From the NCBI GenBank assembly GCA_951406725.2, contig OX597814.1, positions 223,200,001-223,264,000 on the forward strand: a stretch of DNA of 64,000 nucleotides, in the 5' to 3' direction. The stretch is from Octopus vulgaris (Eukaryota). Position 1 is the first letter of the stretch. Every line of letters starts with the position of its first letter. The translations under genes and the position numbers were made by a program. Of the stretch, positions 26,976-39,819 are shown piece after piece. The notes beneath the pieces were generated by a model. It did not search any database, was not told where the DNA came from, and saw only the letters and a list, made by a program, of their open reading frames with translations.

Positions 26976-27618
26976 TTCAGTAATAACGTTAATATTAATA
27001 TTGATAATAACGTTACTAATAATGATGGGGATGATGATGAGGTTGATGATAATAATGTTGTTGTTGTTGTTGATGATAATGATGACGACGACGACGACGA
27101 TGATGACTAGGACGACAGTGGTGGTGGTAATTTTAATAATTCACTTTACCAATTCACATTTACAAAAATATCTAGATTGTTCCTGATGAAATCATAGTTG
27201 AAACTGAGAACACCTCTAATGAAACTCACCAGTAAATTTACATATCTACATATTGGAGATGCACCGAGCTACTTTTGATTTTTCGACTAGCTATACGTAA
27301 ACATATGACGATTCATTGTAAGAGCAAGCTATATACTAGTCACTGATAGAATAAATGAAATAATCTATCAAAGATATTAGTTGCAGCACTAAATTATTCA
27401 TTGAATTTTACAACTATTATATCGCAAGAGCCAAATGCAAACTCTCACCGTATACCAACTACTCGATATCAGTATAAGTGGTGTTTTTAACGATATGATA
27501 CAATAGATACGATGCAATGGAAGTCTAATGTAGATGAAACATTGTATTTGTATCAACACTGAGGTTATGAGGTACATGTAATGATATGCATGAACGCGCG
27601 CGTGAATGCGTATATATA

Positions 27619-27789
27619 GGTGCAGGCGTGGCTGCGTGGAAAGAGGCTTATTTCACAATTACATGGCTCCGGTTTCAATATCACTGCATAGAACTTTGGG
27701 CAAGTGACTTCTATTACAGCTTCGGGCCAACCAAAGCCTTGTGAGTGGTTTTAGTAGTCGGAAACTGAAAGAAGCCCGTCGTATATGTA

Positions 27790-27858
<69 letters not shown>

Positions 27859-27861
27859 TTA

Positions 27862-27908
<47 letters not shown>

Positions 27909-28182
27909 GCATACATATATGTATGTATGTATGTATGTACGTATGTATGTATGTATGTATGTATGTATGTATGTATGTATGTATGTATGTGTCTTTGTGT
28001 CTGTGTTTGTGTCCCCATCGCTTGACAACCAGAGTTGGTGTGTTTATGTCCCCCGTAACTTAGCGGTTCGGCGATAGTGACCGATAAAATAAGTACTAGG
28101 CTTACAAAAGATAAGTCCTGGGGTCAATTTGTTCGACTAAAGGCGGTGCTCTAGCATGGCTGCAGTCAAATGACCGAAACAT
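27619..28182 (+). mobile_element. tRNA-derived SINE, family B, with internal microsatellite expansion
   Basis: Head GGTGCAGGCGTGGCTGCGTGG...CTTTGGGCAAGTG; internal (TCTA)n(TA)n(TATG)n; tail GGCGGTGCTCTAGCATGGCTGCAGTCAAATGACCGAAAC followed by (TAG)n. Confidence 0.85.
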
Positions 28183-28183
28183 A

Positions 28184-28254
<71 letters not shown>

Positions 28255-29811
28255 ATGTTTATCGGCACACCAACACAGTTCTTCCGGAGGAACAGACGTC
28301 ACTGCTATTTTTAACCCCTCGATGCAATCTGAACCCGATATGTATTACAAGCAGGGGAACGAACTCCTACCATCTTCTGGCAGACGAAGGGATCACCCGA
28401 CCGTGCAGGTTCGGGCTATTTGTGCCTATTTACACTGGTCGACACCCGTTCTCTAGAGATAGCTATAATTTGCTCGAGCTCGCAATATTTAGAAAACTAA
28501 GTGACAATCTGTCACGGCTTTTGCAACAAGTAAATGAGCTCGTTAGGAAATCCCTATAAAAGATGGCAGTAGCAACTATACTGAAAAGTAATGTCTATCG
28601 CTATGTGGTATTTCGCTGGGAACACAGAGAAAGAGTAGAGATACAGTGTTGTATTGAATGCTTCAATAGTAACAGATATCGATTTCTTTTGTTTTCTTAA
28701 TGAAAGTATAGAGAATGAAGTGTGCATATCAATAATTAATAATGATTTATCATCTCAACACATGGCTGCAGTTTGCAGAGAAAGCGTTGCAATTGATGAT
28801 ATCTACTATAATTGTTACGTAGAAATAGTAAAAAAAGGAACTCGAAATCAGCTAGACCTAGATATGAACTTATAACCTGGTGATATATTGTAAAAGTTTT
28901 TGCCAAACTACCACTCACGTCAAGAAATAAAAATGAAACGTCATCATTATACAAATTATAAGTAAATGCAGTACTTTTCAAAAATAATTTCGCTTGCAAC
29001 ACAAACATATTTGTTATCGAAATATATTTTGTTGCCTACTCTTTATGAATATAGGTTTGTATATCCATAAGTATCCGTAAACATAAAGATAATATTCAAA
29101 AGATATTTAAAGACGTGCGAACGTGGTTATTGAACATGTAATTACATGAGTTATTAGAAATTAGAAATTTTATGATTATTTCCCTCGAGGCAATTTTCTT
29201 TTAACTTACTGGTCATTTATCTAATGTCTAAAGTACCGTGAATTTTGATGACATTTTATCATATTTTTGTAGCAGCTTTTTTCCTCATTGTAAATCTATA
29301 CAGCTATATAATTGACGAGTAGAATTTTTGACGATTGATTTGTGTTGTGTAAATAAGAGTAAAATTACTCTTGCAGTATAACAGTTAACTACAAAGTGAA
29401 GCTTAAAGTCAACATATAATTTATTATGTATTAATACCATCGACTTTACCCAAGTTATCCAATTATCAAAATCTTATGAGCCTCTTTTTATTTTTATTGA
29501 CCTCTCAAAGATTGCTTAGCGACTGAGAAATTTACAGCGGCTAGAAAATATTTCACGTCATAAGGCAAAAACTTTCATAGTTTAATGGACTGCACGTGAG
29601 ACTTCAGTTTTATTGGTTATGTATTAGTATTAAAATTGTATGCTCATAAAATTAAATGCTCTATTAAATCAATATCATACCTTTTTTTATATATCAAAAA
29701 CATCTCTTCTTTTGCTAGAGGAAGGAATATATTCAAGTTAATCGACAAAATTATTTTTAGATATTTATTACTATCAGAGAGATAAAAAAAAGACATAAAA
29801 AATCAATACTC

Positions 29812-30093
29812 GATGCGATTGGACTTCGATGAAGAAGTCTAAAAAAGCCGAAAGAGATCTAGTTTCGTCGCTATGTCAGCGAAGGGTCATATTATTTTCT
29901 CATCACGCATTACTTAATTCGGGGATTCTGTATTTCGCTTTATTAAAGTATTTTTCATTTTTTTCATTGCGTTGACACTTTTGGTCCTGTTTTGTCGATT
30001 TAACGTTTAACTCTGTCGATGCGCGAGTGTTTAAAATTATTTAAATTTACGTACTCTCTTTCTGAAGAATGCTAATATTTACTACACTATGCT
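29812..30093. repeat. Unclassified ~250 bp interspersed repeat, copy 2
   Basis: Matches 5740-5995. Confidence 0.8.
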
Positions 30094-30388
30094 ATTATAG
30101 AGGCAGTGCAGTAGAGTTGATTACAGAAACAAAACGCATTATTTAAAACATCACAGAAATTCGCAGTATTTGTCTGAAATTGCAGACTTCATACTACCAA
30201 TGAGAGCTTGATTGAAGAAATAGGTACCATTATTACATTGCCACAGATGAAATCACAAATGCTTTCCTTTAAAATGCATTTTTGTTGCAGGTAACGTTCG
30301 ATAATCTAATATAATCTCTTTTTAGATACGCGTTTAATGTTGAAAATTTATCACACATATCTGTCCTGTCTGTCTGTCTCTCTACCTT

Positions 30389-30424
<36 letters not shown>

Positions 30425-31859
30425 ATTTTTCTGGCTCTCTTTATCCCTCTCTTACGTTGTGTCTGTATTTCTTAGTCTTTGCAATTCTCTTTCCCTCTCT
30501 CTCTTTGTTCTCTCTTTTTATAATTTTCTTTTTTATACTTTTTATACCTTTTTATACATTTTTATATTTTTATACTTTATATTTTATTTTTTATACTTTT
30601 TATACTTTTATACTGTCTTTGTCCCTATATTTCTCTCTATGTCTCTCATTCTTTCTCTCTCTCTTTCCCTTTCGTTCATCATCTTTTTCTTTATCTGTCC
30701 GTCTCTCTCCCTCTCTTTCTCTCTCTTTATTTTTCTTTCTCTCTCTCATTTGAATCGATCGCATATATACAAAAGCTTAACCATAGTTCTATGGCCTAAA
30801 TTTCTTGATTGTTTGTGCAACTCCACATTGTAATGAGTATCTACCACAAAGCAACTTGTGTTCTGTCGGAAACAATTCAAAGATACAATACTGTTAAACA
30901 AGTCGATATTTCTTCCACCGTCCTTGCAATCCATATATTTAAGGACTCCGCTCTATCCATTTTCCAGTATTGCACAACAAATAAACCGCTTTACCGGAAT
31001 GATTTCAAAGTTGGATCAAAGGGTTTTATAACTATTCGGAAAGCAGTGAACTTCTACAGTGCTTGTATTATTATAAAATTTCAACACTCTAAGGTAATGT
31101 TTGTATTTATTTATTTCTAGAGATATCACTTCGTACCCAAGTCAACTTGTCCAAGGGATCAATTTGATATTGTAGATTATTATATGTAACTAGGGTGTTC
31201 TATCTTCAGGATGGATACGGAGATTTCGAAACTGCTTTGGAGAATGACATGTTGTTTTGGGGACACTGGAGACATGAGCGTAGTCAGACTGGTTCTTCAA
31301 AAGGGTCAATGGATTTTGCATCTATAATGCATATTGTCCATAATTACTTGAGACATGAACCCTATATAATCGACATACTAAAAGTGTCTAAAGCATATCT
31401 TAAGCATCAAATAGGAACCTTTTACAACTGATAAACATGTGGTTGTAAACACGGGCTGTGTCATTACGGTAGTTCGCTTCATGAAGTATCATATGCAACG
31501 TGTTGATCAAGTGATCTCTTATAATTTCAAGCTTCATAAACCATTACATTATGCTCAATTCGTTAAAGGAGTTTCGAAAATTCAGAACAAAACAAAGATT
31601 TCTTGTCACAAAAACAATCTTTCGTCATTAGATAAAGTGAATGCGGTCTATACGAGATAACTTGCAGTTTGAGATAATTAGAATTGTTCACAAAAGTGTA
31701 AAAATTAATGTCCAAAAACTGCAAGATGTTAGATGTTGTGGGGCTAGTGATAATCTCGTGTGCGCAGTCTGTGATCGTATTACAATTTCAAAAATTGAAA
31801 CTTATCATCCATAAAGTGTAGAAAGACCAGCTGGGGCAACATATATCCACAACATCACC

Positions 31860-32640
31860 AGAGCAATGTCGCCCTTTCTGTCGAAAGTTATGCTTATATA
31901 CTACGTGGCTCAAAATCCATAACACACGAATGCTCAAAGACTGATCTATCATTGCTGAATTTCATGATGAATTCAATGTGAGGATTTATGCTGTTTATAT
32001 GATTTTAGAATTTCTCCTCCGTAAAATGAAACAATCATCAAGAAAACTCTTCCAGTTTTCTTTCCAAAAACAGTTGAACTCATCTCCAGCAATTTCAGAA
32101 GATCTTTCACAAATATTTATCTCATGACATCCCCTTTGTTGGGGGCGGTAATGCGCCTTAAAAGTAACTGTGTTATAAAATTGCATTTTGTAGCATATAA
32201 AGAAATTGTTCGAATGGATGAGCATAAATATAGAGTTTATGGGGAGAATTGATAAATAGCACCAAGATGCGGGATAAAAGAAATGGTACAAATTTACGTT
32301 AATTACAAAAGTTTGTACTAATTAGTTTGTAATTTTAACTTCAATGGCCGTTACAAATTTCGAAATCACTATGATAATTTAGCGAAAGGACTTCTATTCT
32401 AATACAACTCGGCAGTGTGTTGCATAACTTTCTACGCAAATTATATCTTTGGATAAATTTAACATTTCATTTTCCAAAAATTCTATTTACCAGAGTATTG
32501 TTAAATACGAAATATGGTCTATATATGTTTATACATGTATAAGCTTTTCGTTTCTAAATTTAATGAAATTCCAAGATAATTGTTTTCAATTACAACAATT
32601 TAGTACCCTCTTCTTGTGTAGGGGCTTCAGAAAATAACCT
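31860..32640 (-). pseudogene. Highly decayed Penelope-like RT relic
   Basis: WKSFLDDCFIL (RT YxDD region, similar to WKRYIDDCFII at 52245) preceded by NNFF; many stops. Confidence 0.55.
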
Positions 32641-34009
32641 TCTTTTTACTGAAACTCCTTTAACATCTATATCGATAATTTACCGTGTGCCAGAATAAAA
32701 TGTATTACTCCTTTGAATACAGTTATCTTTAATAGAAACGCTACATAGATCTGCACTGAGAAAACATAATTTAAAATACGAATCAATGTGGAGAGGACAC
32801 ATTTTTAAAAAAGGGAGGTCTTACTTATCACTCTGAATTTAGAAGAAAATTATGCTTTTATAGATCTCAGGATTACGAGTGGTGGGGGGATCCAATAGTG
32901 TCTCTAGCTATAATCCTGTTTTATTCTCCAACGGAAAGTGTTTAACTATATTTTATTCGATATTCAGAAGCAGTAATTATCATTCTCAGCTAACTCCCGG
33001 TAGCAGTCAGAAAGCGAATTCAAATTTTAATAACTTGTCAGAGAAAAGTGTGAGGAGAGAGAAATTATTACACTGCGCTGTATTTTGAACGAAAAACAAT
33101 AATTCTCATAATTTTATCCACTTTAGCAAACTATACGATTTCCATGGAAGTATTAATATTTCTTTGAATTTACATATCTATTGAAAATAGACATATACCT
33201 ACACTCAACAAACGGTATCGCTTATAAGAATTGGTGAAGAATTAAGTGGGAGTATTAAGTTATTTTCTGTTTATAGGGCAATATAAATATACAAAAAACT
33301 ATCGTGATATAATTAATCATTATTTATCGATGTGTACATGTACATTTCTGAGTATATAATATCTTCATGTTTCATTACATGAACCGTTAGAATAACTGGT
33401 AACGTAAATCTTAGTTCTGATTGGACGATATTCTAATATATATAGACAACTTGTTTCATGCTTTGAGACTATATTTCCTTCTTTTGTAAACAGAGACATT
33501 CATAATTTCAGAGCCACAACCACTAAAATTGAAATGGTATATTAAAAATATTTTTGTAGATATATCGGATACCATTAAAAAACGTACATTAATCGTCAAT
33601 AATATAACGTACATAATACATCAATAAGCGAAATACGAATCTTACCGTGGAAAACAATCTCAACGTAGGCTTTCGTAAATCCTGCCAACAGTACAAGGCA
33701 TTGGAAAATTTTAATGTGATAAAAGGATAATAGCTTTTTAAGAGATCATCTACAAAAATTCACGGTAAACTCTATAAGGAATTATCAAATTTTAAAAAAC
33801 CGAAAATACATCTTTCTTTCCTCCGATAAAACGTAAAATTTTTCAATTTCCATACTTCTTTAAACCATTTCCGATTATTATACTTATCAATATTTTGTGC
33901 TATCAGCTGTAATATTCTCGACGTTGCTAGAAGTGTTTTTGTTTGTTTGTCTTTTCTTTTTTGGGGTATTTTGGTATTATTAATGGAAGTGTCATGTTGA
34001 GAAGTATTT

Positions 34010-34444
34010 AATAATCCTTTTTACTCTAGGTACAAGGCCTGAAATTTTGCGGGTGGGAGCTAGTCGATTACTGGTGCTCAGCTGGTTCATATATCATCAA
34101 CCCTGAAATGATAAAAGTCGACCTCAGCGGAATTTTAAATCAGAACGTAGAGACGGACGAAATTCTACAATGCATTTCGTCCGGCGTGCTAACTTTTCTG
34201 TCATCTCACCGCATTAAGTGAAGCATTTAATAACGGTTTCAAATTTTGTCACAATGGCAGCAATTTGTGGGGAGAGGATGCATCGATTACATCGACTAGA
34301 GTGTTCAACTGGGATTTATTTTATCGAAACGAAGAGAGGTAAAGTTGACCTGGAGCGAATTTGAACTCAGAACGTAGCGACGAGCAAAGTACCGCTAAGC
34401 ATGTCGTCAGATGTCGTTAACGATTCTACCAGCTCGTCGCCTTA
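34010..34444 (-). mobile_element. Two SINE family A copies
   Basis: Reverse-complement core AAAGTCGACCTC...TTTRAACTCAGAACGTAG...GCTCGYCGCCTT occurs twice. Confidence 0.85.
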
Positions 34445-34772
34445 GAAGCATTTAATAATAATTTCAGTTTCTAATGTTTATACAATGTTTTTGTTGATTA
34501 GTTGGTATTGCTGAGGGAGTTATTGTTGCTGCGATTAACATTTCCGATATATGTAATTAGGAAATTTTATACATTTATCTAACTTTTTTTCGCAAATATT
34601 TTTCTTTGATCGTATCTCAATACTATAGAAAATTCATTATTTTTATGTCTTACATTCACCACTTTCGAGTGTCAACTTCATATAAAAGTCCAACACGGCT
34701 TCATGGGTTATGAGCATGCATGCCGTGGATACCGACTTAACTTTTTTCATCGTATATTATATTCATGAATAC

Positions 34773-35175
34773 AAGGCGGCGAGGCGATAGAAACGTTAGC
34801 ACGTCGGGTGAAATGCGCAGCCGTATTTCGTTTGCCGTTACGTTCTGAGTTCAAATTCCGCCGAGGACGACTTTGCCTTTCATCCTTTCGTGAACGATAA
34901 ATTAAGTACTAGTTACGCACTGGGGTCGATATAATCGACTTGATCCCTTTATCTGTCCTTGATTGTCCTCTCTGTGTTTATCCCCTTGTGGGTAGTAAAG
35001 AAATAGAAATAGGTATTTCGTCTGCCGCTACGTTCTGAGTTCAAATTCCGCCGAGGTCGACTTTGCCTTTCATCCTTTCGGGGTTGATAAATTAATTACC
35101 AGTTGCGTACTAGGGTCAATCTAATCGGCTGGCCTCTTCCATCGAAATTTCGGGCCTTATGTCTAGAAAAGAAAA
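34773..35175 (+). mobile_element. Dimeric SINE family A
   Basis: Head at 34773, second GGTATTTCGTCTGCC..GAGTTCAAATTCC unit from ~35012. Confidence 0.9.
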
Positions 35176-35879
35176 GATTATATTCAAGAACACTTTATTC
35201 ACTAAATTCAAAGATTTTAAGTCAATAACTAAAATTTCACGGGGATATGGCTGTTATAGTTAAGAGAAGAGGCGACGATATAATCTCTCTAATGCAAATA
35301 TTTAACAACAGTAAAAGACAACATCTGTATTTATGAACGAAATGATTCATAACTACTTTAAAGGGTTTTTGTCATGATATAATGTATACCCGTCATAAAC
35401 TTATTAAAATGTGTAAACAATAAGGTTCCCTTATTTGCAAAACATTAAATAACATGTAATTATGTTTTAGAAAGAAAAAAAGTAATGAATTGAACAATTT
35501 TAAGTTATCAAAAATTTCTCACAATTCTATCAATATTACAGACAAATTAAATTAATTGACAGGGAAAATATAGTTATTACCATGGTTATCATATGTTAAA
35601 ACATTCAAATTTCTTCCGTAAAAGTATAAGGTGATCCACACGGATTAACTCTGTGTATTTATATATAAATTCATTTATATCGACTAAATGAATATTTATC
35701 CTGTTGTGAAATTGTCTGTATATTGCCAAGGGAACTGAACTCATTAGCGGAACCGAATGAAATATCTGTGAAATTTATATATAATCTATTTCGTGCAGGT
35801 ATACACACAATATATACATCTCCAGCATAACCGCGGTCGCGCAGCCGCGTGAGTGAAACGAGGAAAAGAAACCACAACA

Positions 35880-36043
35880 CATTCTTTATTTTCTCTCCTT
35901 GTTTCAATCTGCGTTCCTTTTTGTGGAAGAGCGTAGGCTCGAAACGTGAAAGACATTTTCACTTCCCGAGCGTTAAACTAATATATCTGTTTGTTGTCTA
36001 CATCACCTGCCTTCGTCTTTTGTTTTTTTTTTGTGAATTCTCC

Positions 36044-36046
<3 letters not shown>
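35880..36046 (+). mobile_element. Short non-coding repeat with minimal hammerhead-like motif, copy 1
   Basis: Homologous to 44060-44205; TTGTGGAA-GAGC-gtag-GCTC-GAAA-CG-TG; ends at (TA)n. Confidence 0.6.
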
Positions 36047-36123
<77 letters not shown>

Positions 36124-36175
36124 TTAATTTATGTATATATGTATGTATGTTTGTACATATGTATGCATGTATATG

Positions 36176-37475
36176 TAGGGTGTTCCATAAAGAGCGCCGA
36201 AATTGAATTGGGCGACACTTCTGCGTTTTGAAGTTTGAGGGCATGCTTTTACCATATTTACTATCTCTCTTCACTCTGATTAATTGTTTTTCGGAATAGT
36301 GTGCAGTGTGTCACGGAGCAGTTTACAACTGAGCAACACGTTATCATTTTACCAAAATGGAGAAAGTGCGAGGCAAACAGCTCGAACACTTCGTACCATT
36401 TTGGAGAGAAATGAAGCACCAGCACCCAACGAGTCTACGGTTCGTAGACTAATGACGAAGTTTAAAACAACTGGTTCACTTGCAACTGCCAAATCCCCAG
36501 GACGGAATCGTTCTCGTCGGACAGAGCAACAAATTGTTGTCGTCCGAGACACTGTCACTGTAAGTCTGGGAAATAGATTCGTCGTATTTCGCGGCAGTTG
36601 GGCATCCCGACCACTTTGTTACATCGAATTTTGCACAAAGATTTCCATACGCATGCGTACAAAATTCCACTTACGCAGTATCTTCAGCCACCTGACCAAG
36701 GGCGGCGGAGGAAATTTGCTGACTGGGTTGTGGAGAGACTTGGAACTGACGAGCATTTTTGCAAAGAAAATCCCCTTCAGTGATGAGGTCGACTTCTACT
36801 GGTCAGTAAACAGAACTGCCGGATTTGGGGAAATAAAAATCCTAAAATAAGAGAGCGTGAAAGGCATCCACTGAAAGCGATTGTTTGGCATGGTTTTGGG
36901 GCAGGTTGAGTGCTCAAACCACTCTCCTTTGAAAATGATGAGGGTAATGCAGTTACCATTAATGGAGAATGTTACCGAAACATGATATCCACTCAGATAT
37001 GGCCGAACTTGGAAAATACGGAGATTGACAACCTCTGGTTTCAGCAGGATGGAGCGATCTACCATATTGTGTGCCAAACATTTACATTACTCCTCGAAAA
37101 TTTTCCACAACGAACGATACGCTTGCATGGTGACAAGCAATGGCCACCAAGATCTTGTGATTTCTTCTTATACGGGTATGTGGACTGACCGGTAAGCGTC
37201 AAGAAACCACGTGATCAAGGTTTCTTGGCCTAAAGGCTGAAGTCAGGCGTGTGATTGGAGGCGTCAGACCACTCATCTGTGAGAGAGTTATAGGAAATTT
37301 CGAGGAACGCATAAATGTATGCAGACACACTGCAGGTGGACGTGTGGCTGACATTGTGTTCTTTACCTAAACGAGAGCCATAACTCATAAGAAATATGCA
37401 GAATATAATCATGATTATAAGGATTCGTTTTAATTATTCACCTCTAAAATTCGACACCCTTTATGGAACAACCTG
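36176..37475 (+). mobile_element. Tc1/mariner-superfamily DNA transposon (rosa/DD41D-like), defective
   Basis: ~27-bp imperfect TIRs (AGGGTGTTCCATAAAGAGCGCCGAA / TTCGACACCCTTTATGGAACAACCT); transposase relic with HTH FYQNGESARQTAR...STVRRLMTKFKTTGS, FSDE, WFQQDGA.YH, WPPRS-CDFFLYGYV; frameshifts and stops. Confidence 0.9.
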
Positions 37476-37557
37476 TGTAACACAGAGACACAAACACAGA
37501 CACAGATACACATACACACACAGACACAGACATACACACACGCACGCACACACACAA

Positions 37558-37600
<43 letters not shown>

Positions 37601-37807
37601 GTGAAATAGAAAGATGAATAATCTTGTAGTAGATTAATCAAAAGTTTAACCGATACCTTAGTAGCAAAAATCACAGCAGTAAAACAGCACGGTTGGAGGT
37701 ACAACCATATGGTGTTGCAACCGTGCGTTGGTGCGGATAATTGAAATTAGAACATTATTGGTGAATTGAAGAAATGGAGCTGAACGCAGATTGAACAGAA
37801 ATCGTTT

Positions 37808-37901
37808 TATTTCATTCTACACGTGTTTCGAAAGGCACAAATTACCAAAATCCGATGGAATAATGGGACCATATTGTGTCTTTCTCTTCAGGAAGAAAAT
37901 A
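37808..37901 (-). ncRNA. Type I hammerhead ribozyme (mirror copy)
   Basis: Reverse complement of 38482-38575. Confidence 0.8.
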
Positions 37902-38481
37902 GGAAAATCCGTTGGAAAAACAAAACAGAACAGAGGCGGAGCAAAAAACAAATCGAACTATGCTCCTAAGAGCCCATGGCGAAACTGTTTATCAGTGTAT
38001 GTTGAGAACCGGTGGCTGAAGAATTCAACGGGTCAGGCATCGGTCAATCATGTGGGTGAGGGGGCGTAGATGTTCTTTGTGACCGAGAATAAAGTTCTGA
38101 CTATTTAAGGAATATTGGATGTTTTATAAGGGGCGAGAAAAAATCTACTTAGAGACGTGTGTGTGTGTATACTGTTCTACCCCTACGCCAACACACACGT
38201 ATATAGAACAGTATACACACACACACGTCTCTAAGTAGATTTTTTCTCGCCCCTTATAAAACATCCAATATTCCTTAAATAGTCAGAACTTTATTCTCGG
38301 TCACAAAGAACATCTACGCCCCCTCACCCACATGATTGACCGATGCCTGACCCGTTGAATTCTTCAGCCACCGGTTCTCAACATACACTGATAAACAGTT
38401 TCGCCATGGGCTCTTAGGAGCATAGTTCGATTTGTTTTTGCTCCGCCTCTGTTCTGTTTTTGTTTTTCCAACGGATTTTCC

Positions 38482-38575
38482 TATTTTCTTCCTGAAGAGA
38501 AAGACACAATATGGTCCCATTATTCCATCGGATTTTGGTAATTTGTGCCTTTCGAAACACGTGTAGAATGAAATA
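38482..38575 (+). ncRNA. Type I hammerhead ribozyme, canonical core
   Basis: Stem I TATTTTCTTC(38482-91)/GAATGAAATA(38566-75); CTGAAGA 38492-98; stem II GAAAGACACAA/TTGTGCCTTTC; GAAA 38554-57; palindromic stem III ACACGTGT; GUA triplet 38563-65; AATAAA at 38572. Confidence 0.85.
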
Positions 38576-38630
38576 AAACGATTTCTGTTCAATCTGCGTT
38601 CAGCTCCATTTCTTCAATTCACCAATAATG

Positions 38631-38677
<47 letters not shown>

Positions 38678-38776
38678 CCTGCTCGCCAAGCCACAGGCGT
38701 CATTGGAAGGCTAAAACGATGCAGAGCTCATTGTAATCCTGTATAAGATGTCCTGCAGCTGTGGGTCACAAGATAA

Positions 38777-38811
<35 letters not shown>

Positions 38812-38818
<7 letters not shown>

Positions 38819-39023
38819 ATATTTCGGAATGGTCATATTGCCAGTTTAGCCAATAAAAACACACGCACTATATATTTGGTGTTATTTTGCTTCAGTGTTA
38901 TTTATGTTTTACATTAATCTTAATCTTATTTCGGCCAGAGTTCTTTCGTCACACTCCTGTAACCGCATCAGTGGTCCTTTGTTTTCTTCTTTCTTATTTG
39001 TGTCTCTCCTTACTAACCGTCAG
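38812..39023 (-). mobile_element. Non-coding PLE-pLTR-like element with hammerhead-like motif, copy 2 (motif 38933-38977)
   Basis: Reverse complement of 7325-7527; same CTGATGCG core; abuts (TA)n. Confidence 0.7.
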
Positions 39024-39529
39024 CCGTTTTGTATTTCTATTGTATGACTTCATTTGCGCATGCTTATATCTCTATGTGCGTCTATGTTTATTTAGTGTGT
39101 GGGGGGGATGCCTGTAATATTTGTATCTTCTGTTCATGTAATTTGCTTTTGTTATTGTTGCTTTTGTTTATTCTTATTTTGTTCATGTGTTTACATCCAT
39201 TTATTATTATCATTACATATGCTTGTATGTATGTATGTATGTATAACAACAATACTACTACTACTAATAATATATATATACTTTATTAAAAGCAATCGGT
39301 AGAAAAAATAAAAAACAACTTTTAGGAACAATAGCAGTTTGTAGATTTTTCGTTATCGAAGAGCGATAAGCCGAAAACAAAACGTTTTATTTCACGGTTG
39401 GCAGCCACTGTTGCTAGGTATGTGAATGAAAATATAGGAGTTAAGGAATGCAGTAGTTAAAATCTGGGCTACTTATGCTTCGTAGGGAGCGTAACCTCGG
39501 AATTGGTATATATCCAAGCGAGGTGTATA

Positions 39530-39610
39530 CCGCTGGCTGCTCTTGAGACCAAGGGTATCTTGATAAATCATTTTAATCAAGATAACCTTGGCCTGAAGAG
39601 TAGCCTGCGG
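39530..39610. ncRNA. Candidate pri-miRNA-like hairpin (35-bp imperfect stem, 11-nt loop)
   Basis: 39530-39564 pairs without indels to 39576-39610 with 4 mismatches and one G:U. Confidence 0.35.
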
Positions 39611-39707
39611 GCGCTTTCAGTGTTAGAAAGTGAAAGGATTTTGTTGTCGCCTCAAGTACCACCAGGCACAATAAGAACCGAATGAATGAATACGCACACA
39701 TACACGT

Positions 39708-39738
<31 letters not shown>

Positions 39739-39745
39739 CACACGT

Positions 39746-39819
<74 letters not shown>

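Larger units (their letters stand above)
37598..38632. mobile_element. Fold-back non-coding element (~429-bp inverted arms) carrying two mirror-image hammerhead ribozymes, inserted in (TA)n
   Basis: 37751-38179 and 38204-38632 are reverse complements differing visibly only in two A-run lengths; 24-bp spacer; (TA)n on both flanks. Confidence 0.9.

Noticed and set aside
30780-31700. Possible IS630/Tc1-like transposase relic on - (IMDNMHY, PY-HPE)
   Set aside because: Two short degenerate motifs only
37791-38592. Twin 92-aa ORFs on opposite strands
   Set aside because: By-product of the palindrome; TTG start, no domain motif, antisense to the ribozyme
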